Shown: positions 1 to 10,868, counted from the stretch's first letter. The stretch: DNA of 64,000 bases from an uncultured Planctomycetota bacterium (GCA_963823665.1 CAWGMQ010000006.1:544001-608000), one strand, 5' to 3'. A program made the numbers and translations. Notes: a model not told the origin generated them from the sequence alone.

Positions 1-2
1 GC

Positions 3-3000
3 GCGGGCGCAACCAACTTTGTCGAGGCCGCCCCGACCCTGACGACTCCGATCGAGCTGGTCGGCAGCACCGGCGGAACGAACACCCTGATCGGCGGCGC
101 CGGCGACGACACGCTCGTCAGCGTCCGGGGGAATGATTACCTCGAAGGGACAACGGGCAACACCGACTTCGTGCTCATTCTGGGCCACGATCCGACGCTG
201 GTGGCCTCGACGGGCATCAACACGATCGATCTCAGCCAGACGCCCCAGAACGTCACGCTCAACCTCGGCAGCCAGACGGTTCAGACGGTGGACAGCGCCG
301 GGGACATCGTGCTTCTGCAGGGCACATTCCAGAACGTGATCGCCGGCCCCGGGGACGACATCCTTACCGCGGCTAACGGCGTCAACAGCTCGCTCATTGG
401 CGGCTCCGGCAATGACATCATCTATGGCTCGGGATCGGGGAACGACTCGATCGTGGGTGGCACGGGCAACGACACCTTGGTCGGTGGCGGCGGGAACGAC
501 ATCATCTACGGCTCGTCATCGGGGAACGACTCGATCGTCGGTGGGACTGGGAACGACACGATCACTGGCGGCGGTGGTAATGACATCATTTATGGGTCGT
601 CGTCGGGTAACGACTCGATCGTGGGTGGGACGGGCACCGACACGATCATGGGCGGCGGTGGTAACGACATCATTTATGGATCGTCGTCGGGCAACGACTC
701 GATCGTAGGCGGCACCGGGAACGACACGTTGGTTGGTGGCGGTGGTAACGACATCATTTATGGATCGTCATCGGGGAACGACTCGATCGTGGGCGGGACG
801 GGGAACGACACGCTGGTTGGCGGCGGCGGGAACGACATCATCTATGGCTCGGGATCGGGGAATGACTCGATCGTGGGTGGGACAGGGAACGACACGCTCG
901 TCGGCGGTGGCGGCAACGACATCATTTATGGCTCGGGATCGGGGAACGACTCGATCGTGGGTGGGACGGGGAACGACACGCTCGTCGGCGGTGGTGGCAA
1001 CGACATCATCTATGGCTCGGGATCGGGGAACGACTCGATCGTGGGTGGGACAGGGAACGACACGCTCGTCGGCGGTGGTGGCAACGACATCATCTATGGC
1101 TCGGGATCGGGGAACGACTCGATCGTGGGTGGGACGGGGAACGACACGCTCGTCGGCGGTGGTGGCAACGACATCATCTATGGCTCGGGATCGGGGAACG
1201 ACTCGATCGTGGGTGGGACGGGGAACGACACGCTCGTCGGTGGTGGTGGCAACGATATCATCTATGGCTCGGGATCGGGGAACGACTCGATCGTGGGTGG
1301 GACGGGGAACGACACGCTCGTCGGTGGTGGTGGCAACGACATCATCTATGGATCGGGATCGGGGAATGACTCGATCGTGGGTGGGACGGGGAACGACACG
1401 CTCGTTGGCGGCGGCGGTAACGACATCATCTATGGCTCGGGATCGGGGAATGACTCGATCGTGGGTGGGACGGGGAACGACACGCTCGTCGGCGGCGGCG
1501 GTAACGACATCATTTATGGCTCGGGATCGGGGAACGATTCGATCGTGGGCGGCACCGGGAACGACACGTTGGTTGGTGGCGGCGGCAACGACATCATTTA
1601 TGGGTCGGGATCGGGTAACGACTCGATCGTGGGCGGCACCGGGAACGACACGTTGGTTGGTGGCGGCGGCAACGACATCATTTATGGGTCGGGATCGGGT
1701 AACGACTCGATCGTGGGCGGCACGGGCAACGACACGTTGGTGGGCGGCGGCGGCAACGACATCATTTATGGGTCGTCGTCGGGAAATGACTCGATCGTGG
1801 GTGGGACTGGGAACGACACGATCACGGGCGGCGGCGGCAACGACATCATCTATGGATCATCATCGGGGAACGACTCGATCGTGGGCGGCACGGGCAACGA
1901 CTCGATCACCGGCGGCGGGGGTAATGACATCATCTTCGGCGGGCCCGGAAACGACTCGATCGTGGGTGGCACCGGCTACAACACGATCAGCGGCGGTGGT
2001 GGCAGCGACATCATTTCTGGAGGGCCGAACGACTGGCTGATCGAGACTGACCCAGTCGGAAACACGGTGACTCCCACCACGGTGACCCTGACCAACTCGT
2101 CGCTGGCCATGCCGGGATACGGGACGGATACCATCATCGGCATCACCAACATCGTCGTCGGGCTGGGCGACGGCAAGATCGAGCTGGACGCCAGTCATGA
2201 CACCATGCCGCTGGTGCTGGTCGCCGGGACGGGCGACGACACGATTCTGGCTGGGCCGGGTGACGACACGATGTATGCGGGGTCGGGCACCGACTCGCTG
2301 GTCGGCGGCGGCGGCAACGACGTCTACGTCTTCGGCCCGCTGGCGCAGGGAAACGTCACGGTGAATGATGGGTCGAACACGAACAACACGATGGACTTCT
2401 CGCTCTTTGGCGCGGGCATCAATCTCGATCTCCAGGCGGTTGGCCCGCAGGCTGTGAGCCCGGGACTGTTGAACCTGACCCTTACCAACCCGCTCAGTAT
2501 CAACAAGGTTGTCGGCACGTCGTACCCCGACACGATCCTGGGCAACGGCCGGAACGATACGCTGATCGGCAACGGCGGCGACAACTACCTGAACGCCCGA
2601 GGCGGCGCGGCCCTGGTCGAAGGATTCCAAACGCAGGTGGTCTACCTCGACTTCCTGCCAGGGGTGGTCGACTACTCGGCGCAGTCCACTCGGGACGCCA
2701 TCCAGGCCGGCATCGGGGCGATCTATTCGGCGTTCAATGTCACCTTTACGCAGACACAGCCGACGAGCGGGCCGTACGAGACGCTCTATTACAACGTCCC
2801 GGCCGGCAGCCTGCTTGCGGGCGAGGCGACGGAGCTCGACTGGCGAAACCTCGACCTGGACGGGTCGGCCTCGATCGACATTAGCCAGTTCCTGGGCGGG
2901 CCTGACTACCCGGCAGACACTCTGACGAATGTCATTAACATGTCGGTGACGATCGGCGCTCACGAGCTCGGACATCTCACCGGCCTCATCCACGGCGATT

Positions 3001-6000
3001 CGTTCGGCCCTATCGGCGCTGGTGTTTACGCGAACCTCGCCGACAATTCGTACCTTGAGGGCTTCACCCCGCCCTACCCCGGCCCGGCGAACGCCGTCGA
3101 CACGGTGTACGACGTGATGGCGTCTCCGGCGTCGGTCGGCACTTCGCTCTTCGATGCGGCCAACGTGACATTCTTCGGCGAGCGCGACGACATTTCCCTG
3201 GCGTTTGCCGACTCGGGCACGACGACCAACGAGACGCCTGGCGACCCCAATACGTCGGTCGCGACGGCCCAGCCCCTGACTCTCGCACCGCTGTCCGTTC
3301 CGAACACGGTGTTGATTGGCCAGGGGACCGGCGACTACTTCGACGTGACCGCCGCCGATGTCGTCGGCTCGATCGGGCTCGGCGCCAACGGGCAGAGCAA
3401 CTCCGACTACTACGCTATCACCGCCACGGCGGGCGAGCTGCTCAACTTCCAGGTCCGGTCGCAGACTTTGACTCGCGATAACGACGATTCGATCGATTCG
3501 GAGCTGACAATCTACGAAGCAGACGGCACGACTGTGGTCCCGTACTATGGCAGCGCGTCGGGCGCGTTCAACGACGGTGGCTTCCAGGACGCCGATGCCG
3601 TCCTGTACGACCTCACGATGCCGTACACGGGCACTTACTACGTGAAAGTGAGCACCATCGTCGTCACCGACTCGTTCGGCATTGTTCATAACTCCGAAGT
3701 CGGCGACTACGAGCTGTTCATGTACAGCTTCGCGGCCACGCCTTTGGGAGGCACGCCTGCCACGAACGGCGATACGCTCGTCGGCAGCTCGGGGCAGGAT
3801 ACGCTGATCGGCAGCTCGGCGAACGACTTGATCGAAAGCGTGCCGGGCGATTCGGTCGTTTCCGGCTCGGGTGCCGACACGATCGACACGCTGCCGTACA
3901 ACATCGAAATCGCCGACCCCGCGCTCCAGTTGGGAAGCCCGGTTTCCCTTGCCGGCAGCTTTGTGGCCTCGAACCCGGGCATGGCCTACACGTACGACTG
4001 GCACGTGGCCAGCAGCAATGGTCAGGTGATCGCCGACGCCCGCGGGACGGCCGCGGTCGACAACGGGGCGGGGACGACCGCGTTTCAGTTCACGCCCACG
4101 TCCGCGGGCGCTTACACCATCACGCTCACGATCACCGACGGCTACGGCGGAGTCAACCAGGCGACGCTCGAGGAGACGGCCGGGACAATCACGCCCTTCA
4201 CCACCCAGATCGGGACCGGCGCGGGCCAGATCACTGGGATTCTCGGCACGCCGACCAGCTTGAACGCGACGGCCACGGGCACGTACGCGGTCGCGTCTTA
4301 CGCCTGGGTCGTCTCGGCCCCCGCCGCGGCGACAACGCCCGCGCGGGGATATGACTCCTCCTACTGCTTCACACCGACGTCCGCCGGGAATTACACCGTC
4401 ACCATGACAGCGACCGACACCAACGGGGACGTGTCGGTGTCGAGTCTCACCGTCATCGTGCCGTTTGTCGCCCCCTCGGCGCAGATCGTTGGAGTGCCGG
4501 CGAACGAGTACGTGCCCGAGGGGTACGCGTTCTCCCTCGCCGGAATTGGCAACGACCCTACCCAGGGGGACGACCTCACCGAATCGTGGACCGTCACGGC
4601 CGGCGACGGCTCCGAGGCGCCGTACACCCAGTCGGGCCCGAACGTGACGTACACGCCCGACGACATCGGGTCTTACACCGTCACGCTCGATCTGCTCGAT
4701 GCCAGCGGCCAGGTCGTTGCTTCAACCTCACAGCAGATCCTTTCGATCGGAGTCGCTCCGATGGCGACGATTTCTGGGGGACCGACGGGAGGGACGACCA
4801 CCGAGGGTACGACCCTTGCATTCTCTGGCGCGGCCAGCAGCCCGAGCACCGTCACAACGGCCAAAGGGTTCCTCTACACCTGGGGCGTGACGCTCGGCAC
4901 CTTCATTTACGTCGCCCCGACGACCCCAACGGTCAACCCCACCAACTTCAGCTTCACGCCGGGCCAGGCGGGGACCTACGTCGTGTCGCTCTCCGTCACA
5001 GACAATCACGGGTTTACCAGCCTGGCCGCCACCCAGACGGTTGAGGTCGCCGCAGTCGCGCCTTCGGTCACGATCACGGGCCTGCCGGCCGACAGCGTCA
5101 CTGCGGGAACGACGGTTGCTCTCGGCAGCATTGTGACTGACCCGAGTGCCGTGCTCCAGAGTGCCGGTTTCTCCGAGTCGTGGAACGTTCAGTTCGGCGG
5201 AGCAACGTACGGGCCGTTCTACGGGCCGGCGCTAAATCTTACGCTGGGCTCCATCGGTAGCTATACCGTGAACTTCGTGGCCACGGATGCCGAAGGCGTC
5301 TCGTCCACGACGACTGAGATCGTCACCGCCGCCGACACCGCTCCGGTCGTCACGCCCGCGGCCTCGCCCACAGCGCAGGCGCCGGAGCAGGCGACCAAGA
5401 GCGCGTACAACCTTGGCAGCGTCGTGGGCCCTGGCCTCGACCAGAGCGGCGGGATTGTGACCGTGAACTGGGGCGACGGAACGGCCGCAACCTCGTTCCC
5501 GATCTCGTCGCAGGGCTCACTCGGCTTCCAGGCCCACGCCTACGAGCTGCCCGGCAACTACCAGATAACCGTCACCGTGACCGACGCCTACGGCCTCTCC
5601 GGTTCCGAGTCGTTCACGACGACCGTGGCCCCGGTCGCACCGTCGCCGGAGATCCAGAGCGCGCCGGCTTCGATGAACGCAGAATCGTCCGTGATTCTGA
5701 GCAGCAGCGTCACCGACTTCAGCCAGGCCGAGAATGCCGCGGGCTACACGTACGCCTGGTCCGTGCTGCGGAATGGCGCGCCTTACACCCTCCCGGGCAA
5801 CCCGTCGACAGACGGCCCGAGCTTGCAGTTCACTCCCGTGCTCGGCGGCAGCTACACGATCAGCCTCTCCACGACCGATTCGAGCGACAGCGTGGGAGTC
5901 GCGCCACCGCAGACGATCGTCGTCAACGATCTGAACACGACCACCAGCCTGTCCTCGTCGGGCAGTCCGTCCGTCAGCGGCCAGAGTGTCGCTTTCACCG

Positions 6001-9000
6001 CCACGGTGAGCATCGCGGGAGCGGGCAGCAACGCCGTGGTCAACCCGAGCGGCACGGTCACCTTCTATGACAGCGGCGTAGCGATCGGCACCGCAACGCT
6101 GACCGGCACGGCCACCGACACCGCCACGTTCACCACGAGCACGCTGAGCACGGCCACCCACCCCATCACGGCTGCGTACACCAGCGGCGACGGCAGCTTC
6201 AACGCCAGCGCGCCGTCCTTGGCAATCAACCAGGGGGTCAACAAGGCCAACACCACGACCAGCGTGGTCAGCTCGGGCAGCACGGTTTCCGGCCAATCGG
6301 TGACCTTCACGGCCACGGTGAGCATCGTCAGCCCCGGCACCAGCGCCGTGGCCAACCCGACCGGCACGGTCAACTTCTACGACGGCACCACGCTGCTGGG
6401 CAGCGGGGCACTCAACGGCACCGATACGGCGACCTTCACCACCAGCACGCTGTCGACCGCCGCCCACCAGATCACGGCAACGTACGCGGATGACACCAAC
6501 TTCAATCCCAGTACCTCGGCCGCCATCACGCAGACGGTGAGCAAGGCCAGCACAGCCACCAGCGTGGTCAGCTCCGGCAGCTCGGTCTCCGGCCAATCGG
6601 TGACCTTCACCGCTACGGTGACCATCGTCAGCCCAGGCACGAGTGCCGTCGCCAAGCCGACCGGCACGATCAACTTCTACGACGGCTCCGTGCTGCTAGG
6701 GGGCGGGGCGCTCAGCGGCACCGCCACCGATACGGCCACCTTCACCACCAGCACCCTGTCGACAGCCAGCCACCAGATCACGGCGACCTATGCCGATGAC
6801 ACCAACTTCAGTCCCAGTACCTCGGCCGCCATCACCCAGACGGTGAGCAAGGCCAGCACAGCCACCAGCGTGGTCAGCTCCGGCAGCACGGTCTCCGGCC
6901 AGTCGGTGACCTTCACCGCCACGGTGAGCATCGTCAGCCCGGGCACCAACGCCGTGGCCAAACCGACCGGCACGGTCACGTTCTACGACAACGGTGCCGC
7001 CATCGGCACCAGCACGCTCAGCGGCACGGCCACGGATACGGCCACCTTTACCACCAGCACGCTGAGCACCGCCACTCACCCCATCACAGCCGCCTACACG
7101 GGCGGCGATGGAAACTTCAACGCGGGCACGCCCTCCGCTTCGATCAGCCAGGTTGTCAACAAGGCGTCTACCACCACGGTGGTGAGCTCCTCGGCCAACC
7201 CGTCGGTCTCCGGCCAATCCGTGACCTTCACGGCCACGGTGAGCATCGTCAGCCCCGGCACCAGCGCCGTGGCCAACCCCACCGGCACGGTCACCTTCTA
7301 TGACAACGGCGCCGCCATCGGCACCGGCACGCTCAGCGGCACGGCCACGGATACGGCCACCTTTACCACCAGCACGCTGAGCACCGCCACTCACCCCATC
7401 ACAGCCGCCTACACAGGCGGCGATGGAAACTTCAACGCGGGCACGCCCTCCGCTTCGATCAGCCAGGTTGTCAACAAGGCGTCTACCACCACGGTGGTGA
7501 GCCCCTCGGCCAACCCGTCGGTCTCAGGCCAGTCGGTGACCTTCACGGCCACGGTGAGCATCGTCGGCCCGGGCACCAACGCCGTGGCCGAACCGACCGG
7601 CACGGTCACGTTCTACGACAACGGCGCCGCCATCGGCACCGGCACGCTCAGCGACACGGCCACGGATACGGCCACCTTTACCACCAGCACGCTGAGCACC
7701 GCCACTCACCCCATCACAGCCGCCTACACGGGCGGCGATGGAAACTTCAACGCGGGCACGCCTTCCGCTTCGATCAGCCAGGTTGTCAACAAGGCGTCTA
7801 CCACCACGGTGGTGAGCCCCTCGGCCAATCCGTCGGTCTCCGGCCAGGGGGTGACCTTCACGGCCACAGTGAGCATCGTCAGCCCGGGCACCAACGCCGT
7901 GGGCAAACCGACCGGCACGGTCACCTTCTATGACAACGGCGCCGCCATCGGCACCGGCACGCTCAGCGGCACGGCCACGGATACGGCCACCTTTACCACC
8001 AGCATGCTAAGCACCGCCACTCACCCCATCACGGCCGCCTACACGGGCGGCGATAGCAACTTCAACGCGGCCGCGCCGTCGGCGGCGATCAACCAGGTTG
8101 TCAACAAGGCGTCCACCACCACGGTGGTGATCTCCTCCGCCAATCCGTCGGTCTCCGGCCAGGGGGTGACCTTTACGGCCACGGTGAGCATCGTCAGCCC
8201 AGGCACGAGCGCCGTGGCCAACCCCACCGGCACCGTCAACTTCTACGACGCCTCCACGCTCCTGGGCAGCGGCACGCTCAGCGGCACCGGCACCGATACG
8301 GCCACCTTGACGACCAGCACCCTCTCGACCGCCAGCCACCAGATCACGGCGACGTATGCCGGTGATACCAACTTCAATTCCAGTACCTCGGCCGCCATCA
8401 CCCAGACGGTGAACAACCCCAGCATGACCTCGGGCTCGATCTACGTTCTGGACCCGACGGCCGGCGGGGCCCTCGCGCTCTCTGGGAACGCCATCATCAA
8501 CGTCCTCGGCAACATCATCGTGGATTCGAGCTCGTCAACCGCCATCACCGCGAGCGGAAACGCCTCGGTCAAGGGCGCGGTCATTCAAGTCAAGGGGGGC
8601 GTGCAGAAGAGCGGGAACGCGACCTTCAGTCCGGCGCCGACCACAGGGGCACCGGTCGTTGCCAACCCGCTCGCCGGACTGACCGCTCCCACTTACTCAG
8701 GCACACCCATCTCGGAGACGCTCAGCGGGAACTCGACGGCCACGATCAATGCCGGCGTGTATAGCCAGATCACGGTCTCAGGCAATGCCAGCCTGACACT
8801 CAACCCGGGTATCTACATCATCGCCGGCGGTGGCCTCTCGGTATCCGGCAACGCGAACATCACCGGAACGGGCGTGATGATTTATAACACCAAGAGCAGC
8901 ACAGGCACTTACGGCAGCATCACCTTGAGCGGCAATGGAACAATCAAGCTGACCGGGCCCACGACCGGGGCGTACGCCGGCATTCTGATCTTTCAGGACT

Positions 9001-10868
9001 TGAGCAACTCGAAAGCCCTGACGTTCAGCGGCAATGCCATGCAAGGGATCACCGGCACGATCTACGCACCATCAGCACAGCTCGTCGAGAGCGGCAACGC
9101 CCAGGTCGGCAGTACCACAAACCCACTCTCGATCGTCGTCGATACGTTGACAATCAGCGGCAACGCAATCGCGAACGCCCTGAGCTTGTCCTCGCCCGCG
9201 GGGACGGTCGCGTACACCCCGGCCCAGATCCGGGCCGCCTACGGCATTGACAACCTCACGCTCGACGGCACCGGCCAGACCATCGCGATCGTCGATGCCT
9301 ACGACGACCCGGCCATCTACCCCGCCCTGGACGCGTTTGACACTGAGTTCGGGCTGACGTCCGCCGGAGCGACACTCCTCGACCAGTATGGCCCGGCTTC
9401 GTCGTTCCTGACTGTCCTCAACCAGAACGGCCAGGCGACTTCGCTGCCGGGGACTGACCCGAACGGCGCCGGTACCAACAACTGGGAGGCGGAGGAAACG
9501 CTCGACGTCGAGTGGGCGCATGCCATCGCACCCGGGGCCCAGATCATCCTGGTCGAGGCGAATAGCCAATCCCTGCCGGACCTGATGGCCGGCGTGGCCA
9601 CGGCAGCGAATCAGCCGGGCGTGTCGGTGGTCTCGATGAGCTGGGGATTCGCCGAGGGACAAGCGGTATTTGCCAGCGATGAGGCGACCTATGACGGTGT
9701 TTTCACCACACCGGGCGTGACGTTCGTGGCGAGCACCGGCGACTACGGCGCCGCTGATCCCGAGTACCCCGCCTACTCGCCCAACGTTCTCGCGGTCGGT
9801 GGCACAAGCCTCACGCTGAACGCCGATAACTCGTATAACAGCGAGACCGGGTTCGGCTACGAGTCGAGCGCGCTGGGCACGTTCATCGGCAGTGGCGGTG
9901 GCATCAGCCTTTATGAGCCTGAGCCGGCCTACCAGGAGGGTGTCCAGTCCACCGGCAAACGGACCATCCCCGACGTCTCGCTCGTTGCCGATCCGGCCAC
10001 GGGAGCATGGATCGCCGACCCGTACAATGTGTCAGGCAGCAACCCATTCGAGATCGTGGGCGGCACGAGCTTGGCGGCCCCTTGCTGGGTTGCTCTCGTC
10101 GCCCTCGCCAACCAGGGACGTGCCGCCGCGGGCGAGCCCGCGCTCGATAGAGCGAGCCCCACCGACACCCAGCAAGCCCTCTACAGCCTGCCCCAGAGCG
10201 ATTACCACGTCATCAGCAGTGGAAGTAATGGTTACTCCGCGGCCGCCGGCTACAACCTGGTCACAGGCCTCGGCACGCCCGTGGCCAACGTGCTGGTCAC
10301 CGACCTGGTTGCCTACCAGGGGCCTGGAACTTCGTACTCCGGCCCTGCTGTCGGAGCCATGCAAAACGCCGAGCTTGCCAACATACGGGCGAGCGCCGGC
10401 GGCCCCACCGACGTTTTCAGCGTGTTTGATTCCTTCACGTTCGGCAGCAACGGTACCGGTCAGGAAATCGCGCGCGCCGCGAGCCCGACGAATCGCGCCA
10501 GCCAGGCAGTGGACGCAGCCAGCCGCGGTGTGACCAGGCAGGACCCGGACATCGCGAACGTCGCCGAAGTTACCGAGTCGCTCGCGCCTTTCGGCGAGCG
10601 CCAGGCTCTGACATCAGACTTCGTTCCGCCGGGCATGGGGCCTGGTCTCGCGTCACTGGATTTCGCGCTGGAAGATATGAGCATTGCTATTGATACGATG
10701 GCCGACTCGGTGAAAACGGTTGTCCGGATCCGACTCGGTTCGCGCTCGGTGAGAGTTCGAGAGACCTCTCGAGCCCAGCAAAAGCGACCGGTTCCAGTCG
10801 TCGACCCTGCCGCCCTTCTTGCGCTGCTTGGCAGCGGATGGACCCCGCGAGACGGCGGCAGACACTAG
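3..10868 (+). CDS. Giant multidomain surface/secreted protein, 5'-truncated: RTX Ca-binding repeats, metzincin-type Zn-peptidase, PPC/PKD domains, 8 bacterial Ig-like (group 3) repeats, TadG-like beta-solenoid, C-terminal S53 (sedolisin/kumamolisin) peptidase
   Basis: The frame is open from position 3 (AGATNFVEAAP...GGAGDDTLV), so the real start lies upstream of the window. Motifs: GGxGND nonapeptides; HELGHLTGLIH at 2961-2993; YTPAQIRAAYG, EETLDVEWAH, STGD, GGTSLAAP and YNLVTGLGTP of S53. No frameshift in 10.8 kb. Confidence 0.93.
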   Translation, partial: AGATNFVEAAPTLTTPIELVGSTGGTNTLIGGAGDDTLVSVRGNDYLEGTTGNTDFVLILGHDPTLVASTGINTIDLSQTPQNVTLNLGSQTVQTVDSAGDIVLLQGTFQNVIAGPGDDILTAANGVNSSLIGGSGNDIIYGSGSGNDSIVGGTGNDTLVGGGGNDIIYGSSSGNDSIVGGTGNDTITGGGGNDIIYGSSSGNDSIVGGTGTDTIMGGGGNDIIYGSSSGNDSIVGGTGNDTLVGGGGNDIIYGSSSGNDSIVGGTGNDTLVGGGGNDIIYGSGSGNDSIVGGTGNDTLVGGGGNDIIYGSGSGNDSIVGGTGNDTLVGGGGNDIIYGSGSGNDSIVGGTGNDTLVGGGGNDIIYGSGSGNDSIVGGTGNDTLVGGGGNDIIYGSGSGNDSIVGGTGNDTLVGGGGNDIIYGSGSGNDSIVGGTGNDTLVGGGGNDIIYGSGSGNDSIVGGTGNDTLVGGGGNDIIYGSGSGNDSIVGGTGNDTLVGGGGNDIIYGSGSGNDSIVGGTGNDTLVGGGGNDIIYGSGSGNDSIVGGTGNDTLVGGGGNDIIYGSGSGNDSIVGGTGNDTLVGGGGNDIIYGSSSGNDSIVGGTGNDTITGGGGNDIIYGSSSGNDSIVGGTGNDSITGGGGNDIIFGGPGNDSIVGGTGYNTISGGGGSDIISGGPNDWLIETDPVGNTVTPTTVTLTNSSLAMPGYGTDTIIGITNIVVGLGDGKIELDASHDTMPLVLVAGTGDDTILAGPGDDTMYAGSGTDSLVGGGGNDVYVFGPLAQGNVTVNDGSNTNNTMDFSLFGAGINLDLQAVGPQAVSPGLLNLTLTNPLSINKVVGTSYPDTILGNGRNDTLIGNGGDNYLNARGGAALVEGFQTQVVYLDFLPGVVDYSAQSTRDAIQAGIGAIYSAFNVTFTQTQPTSGPYETLYYNVPAGSLLAGEATELDWRNLDLDGSASIDISQFLGGPDYPADTLTNVINMSVTIGAHELGHLTGLIHGDSFGPIGAGVYANLADNSYLEGFTPPYPGPANAVDTVYDVMASPASVGTSLFDAANVTFFGERDDISLAFADSGTTTNETPGDPNTSVATAQPLTLAPLSVPNTVLIGQGTGDYFDVTAADVVGSIGLGANGQSNSDYYAITATAGELLNFQVRSQTLTRDNDDSIDSELTIYEADGTTVVPYYGSASGAFNDGGFQDADAVLYDLTMPYTGTYYVKVSTIVVTDSFGIVHNSEVGDYELFMYSFAATPLGGTPATNGDTLVGSSGQDTLIGSSANDLIESVPGDSVVSGSGADTIDTLPYNIEIADPALQLGSPVSLAGSFVASNPGMAYTYDWHVASSNGQVIADARGTAAVDNGAGTTAFQFTPTSAGAYTITLTITDGYGGVNQATLEETAGTITPFTTQIGTGAGQITGILGTPTSLNATATGTYAVASYAWVVSAPAAATTPARGYDSSYCFTPTSAGNYTVTMTATDTNGDVSVSSLTVIVPFVAPSAQIVGVPANEYVPEGYAFSLAGIGNDPTQGDDLTESWTVTAGDGSEAPYTQSGPNVTYTPDDIGSYTVTLDLLDASGQVVASTSQQILSIGVAPMATISGGPTGGTTTEGTTLAFSGAASSPSTVTTAKGFLYTWGVTLGTFIYVAPTTPTVNPTNFSFTPGQAGTYVVSLSVTDNHGFTSLAATQTVEVAAVAPSVTITGLPADSVTAGTTVALGSIVTDPSAVLQSAGFSESWNVQFGGATYGPFYGPALNLTLGSIGSYTVNFVATDAEGVSSTTTEIVTAADTAPVVTPAASPTAQAPEQATKSAYNLGSVVGPGLDQSGGIVTVNWGDGTAATSFPISSQGSLGFQAHAYELPGNYQITVTVTDAYGLSGSESFTTTVAPVAPSPEIQSAPASMNAESSVILSSSVTDFSQAENAAGYTYAWSVLRNGAPYTLPGNPSTDGPSLQFTPVLGGSYTISLSTTDSSDSVGVAPPQTIVVNDLNTTTSLSSSGSPSVSGQSVAFTATVSIAGAGSNAVVNPSGTVTFYDSGVAIGTATLTGTATDTATFTTSTLSTATHPITAAYTSGDGSFNASAPSLAINQGVNKANTTTSVVSSGSTVSGQSVTFTATVSIVSPGTSAVANPTGTVNFYDGTTLLGSGALNGTDTATFTTSTLSTAAHQITATYADDTNFNPSTSAAITQTVSKASTATSVVSSGSSVSGQSVTFTATVTIVSPGTSAVAKPTGTINFYDGSVLLGGGALSGTATDTATFTTSTLSTASHQITATYADDTNFSPSTSAAITQTVSKASTATSVVSSGSTVSGQSVTFTATVSIVSPGTNAVAKPTGTVTFYDNGAAIGTSTLSGTATDTATFTTSTLSTATHPITAAYTGGDGNFNAGTPSASISQVVNKASTTTVVSSSANPSVSGQSVTFTATVSIVSPGTSAVANPTGTVTFYDNGAAIGTGTLSGTATDTATFTTSTLSTATHPITAAYTGGDGNFNAGTPSASISQVVNKASTTTVVSPSANPSVSGQSVTFTATVSIVGPGTNAVAEPTGTVTFYDNGAAIGTGTLSDTATDTATFTTSTLSTATHPITAAYTGGDGNFNAGTPSASISQVVNKASTTTVVSPSANPSVSGQGVTFTATVSIVSPGTNAVGKPTGTVTFYDNGAAIGTGTLSGTATDTATFTTSMLSTATHPITAAYTGGDSNFNAAAPSAAINQVVNKASTTTVVISSANPSVSGQGVTFTATVSIVSPGTSAVANPTGTVNFYDASTLLGSGTLSGTGTDTATLTTSTLSTASHQITATYAGDTNFNSSTSAAITQTVNNPSMTSGSIYVLDPTAGGALALSGNAIINVLGNIIVDSSSSTAITASGNASVKGAVIQVKGGVQKSGNATFSPAPTTGAPVVANPLAGLTAPTYSGTPISETLSGNSTATINAGVYSQITVSGNASLTLNPGIYIIAGGGLSVSGNANITGTGVMIYNTKSSTGTYGSITLSGNGTIKLTGPTTGAYAGILIFQDLSNSKALTFSGNAMQGITGTIYAPSAQLVESGNAQVGSTTNPLSIVVDTLTISGNAIANALSLSSPAGTVAYTPAQIRAAYGIDNLTLDGTGQTIAIVDAYDDPAIYPALDAFDTEFGLTSAGATLLDQYGPASSFLTVLNQNGQATSLPGTDPNGAGTNNWEAEETLDVEWAHAIAPGAQIILVEANSQSLPDLMAGVATAANQPGVSVVSMSWGFAEGQAVFASDEATYDGVFTTPGVTFVASTGDYGAADPEYPAYSPNVLAVGGTSLTLNADNSYNSETGFGYESSALGTFIGSGGGISLYEPEPAYQEGVQSTGKRTIPDVSLVADPATGAWIADPYNVSGSNPFEIVGGTSLAAPCWVALVALANQGRAAAGEPALDRASPTDTQQALYSLPQSDYHVISSGSNGYSAAAGYNLVTGLGTPVANVLVTDLVAYQGPGTSYSGPAVGAMQNAELANIRASAGGPTDVFSVFDSFTFGSNGTGQEIARAASPTNRASQAVDAASRGVTRQDPDIANVAEVTESLAPFGERQALTSDFVPPGMGPGLASLDFALEDMSIAIDTMADSVKTVVRIRLGSRSVRVRETSRAQQKRPVPVVDPAALLALLGSGWTPRDGGRH
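399..2030 (+). repeat. Coding tandem repeat: 18 x 84 bp (28-aa unit GGGGNDIIY-GSGSGNDSIV-GGTGNDTLV) plus one degenerate unit; RTX/hemolysin-type Ca-binding
   Basis: Units start at 399 and recur every 84 bp to 1911; differences between units are mostly synonymous. Confidence 0.95.
5935..8415 (+). repeat. Coding tandem repeat: 8 Ig-like (Big_3-type) domains of about 100-105 aa
   Basis: Repeated SGQSVTFTATVSIVSPG..PTGTVTFYD..ATFTTSTLS..H.ITA.Y..D.NF; copies 5-8 are spaced exactly 315 bp apart. Confidence 0.92.

Noticed and set aside
397..8425. Many alternative-frame and antisense ORFs over the giant gene (e.g. 733..2040 +, 1860..4004 -, repeated 66-aa minus ORFs)
   Set aside because: Shadows of a GC-rich repetitive coding sequence with no independent motifs or RBS
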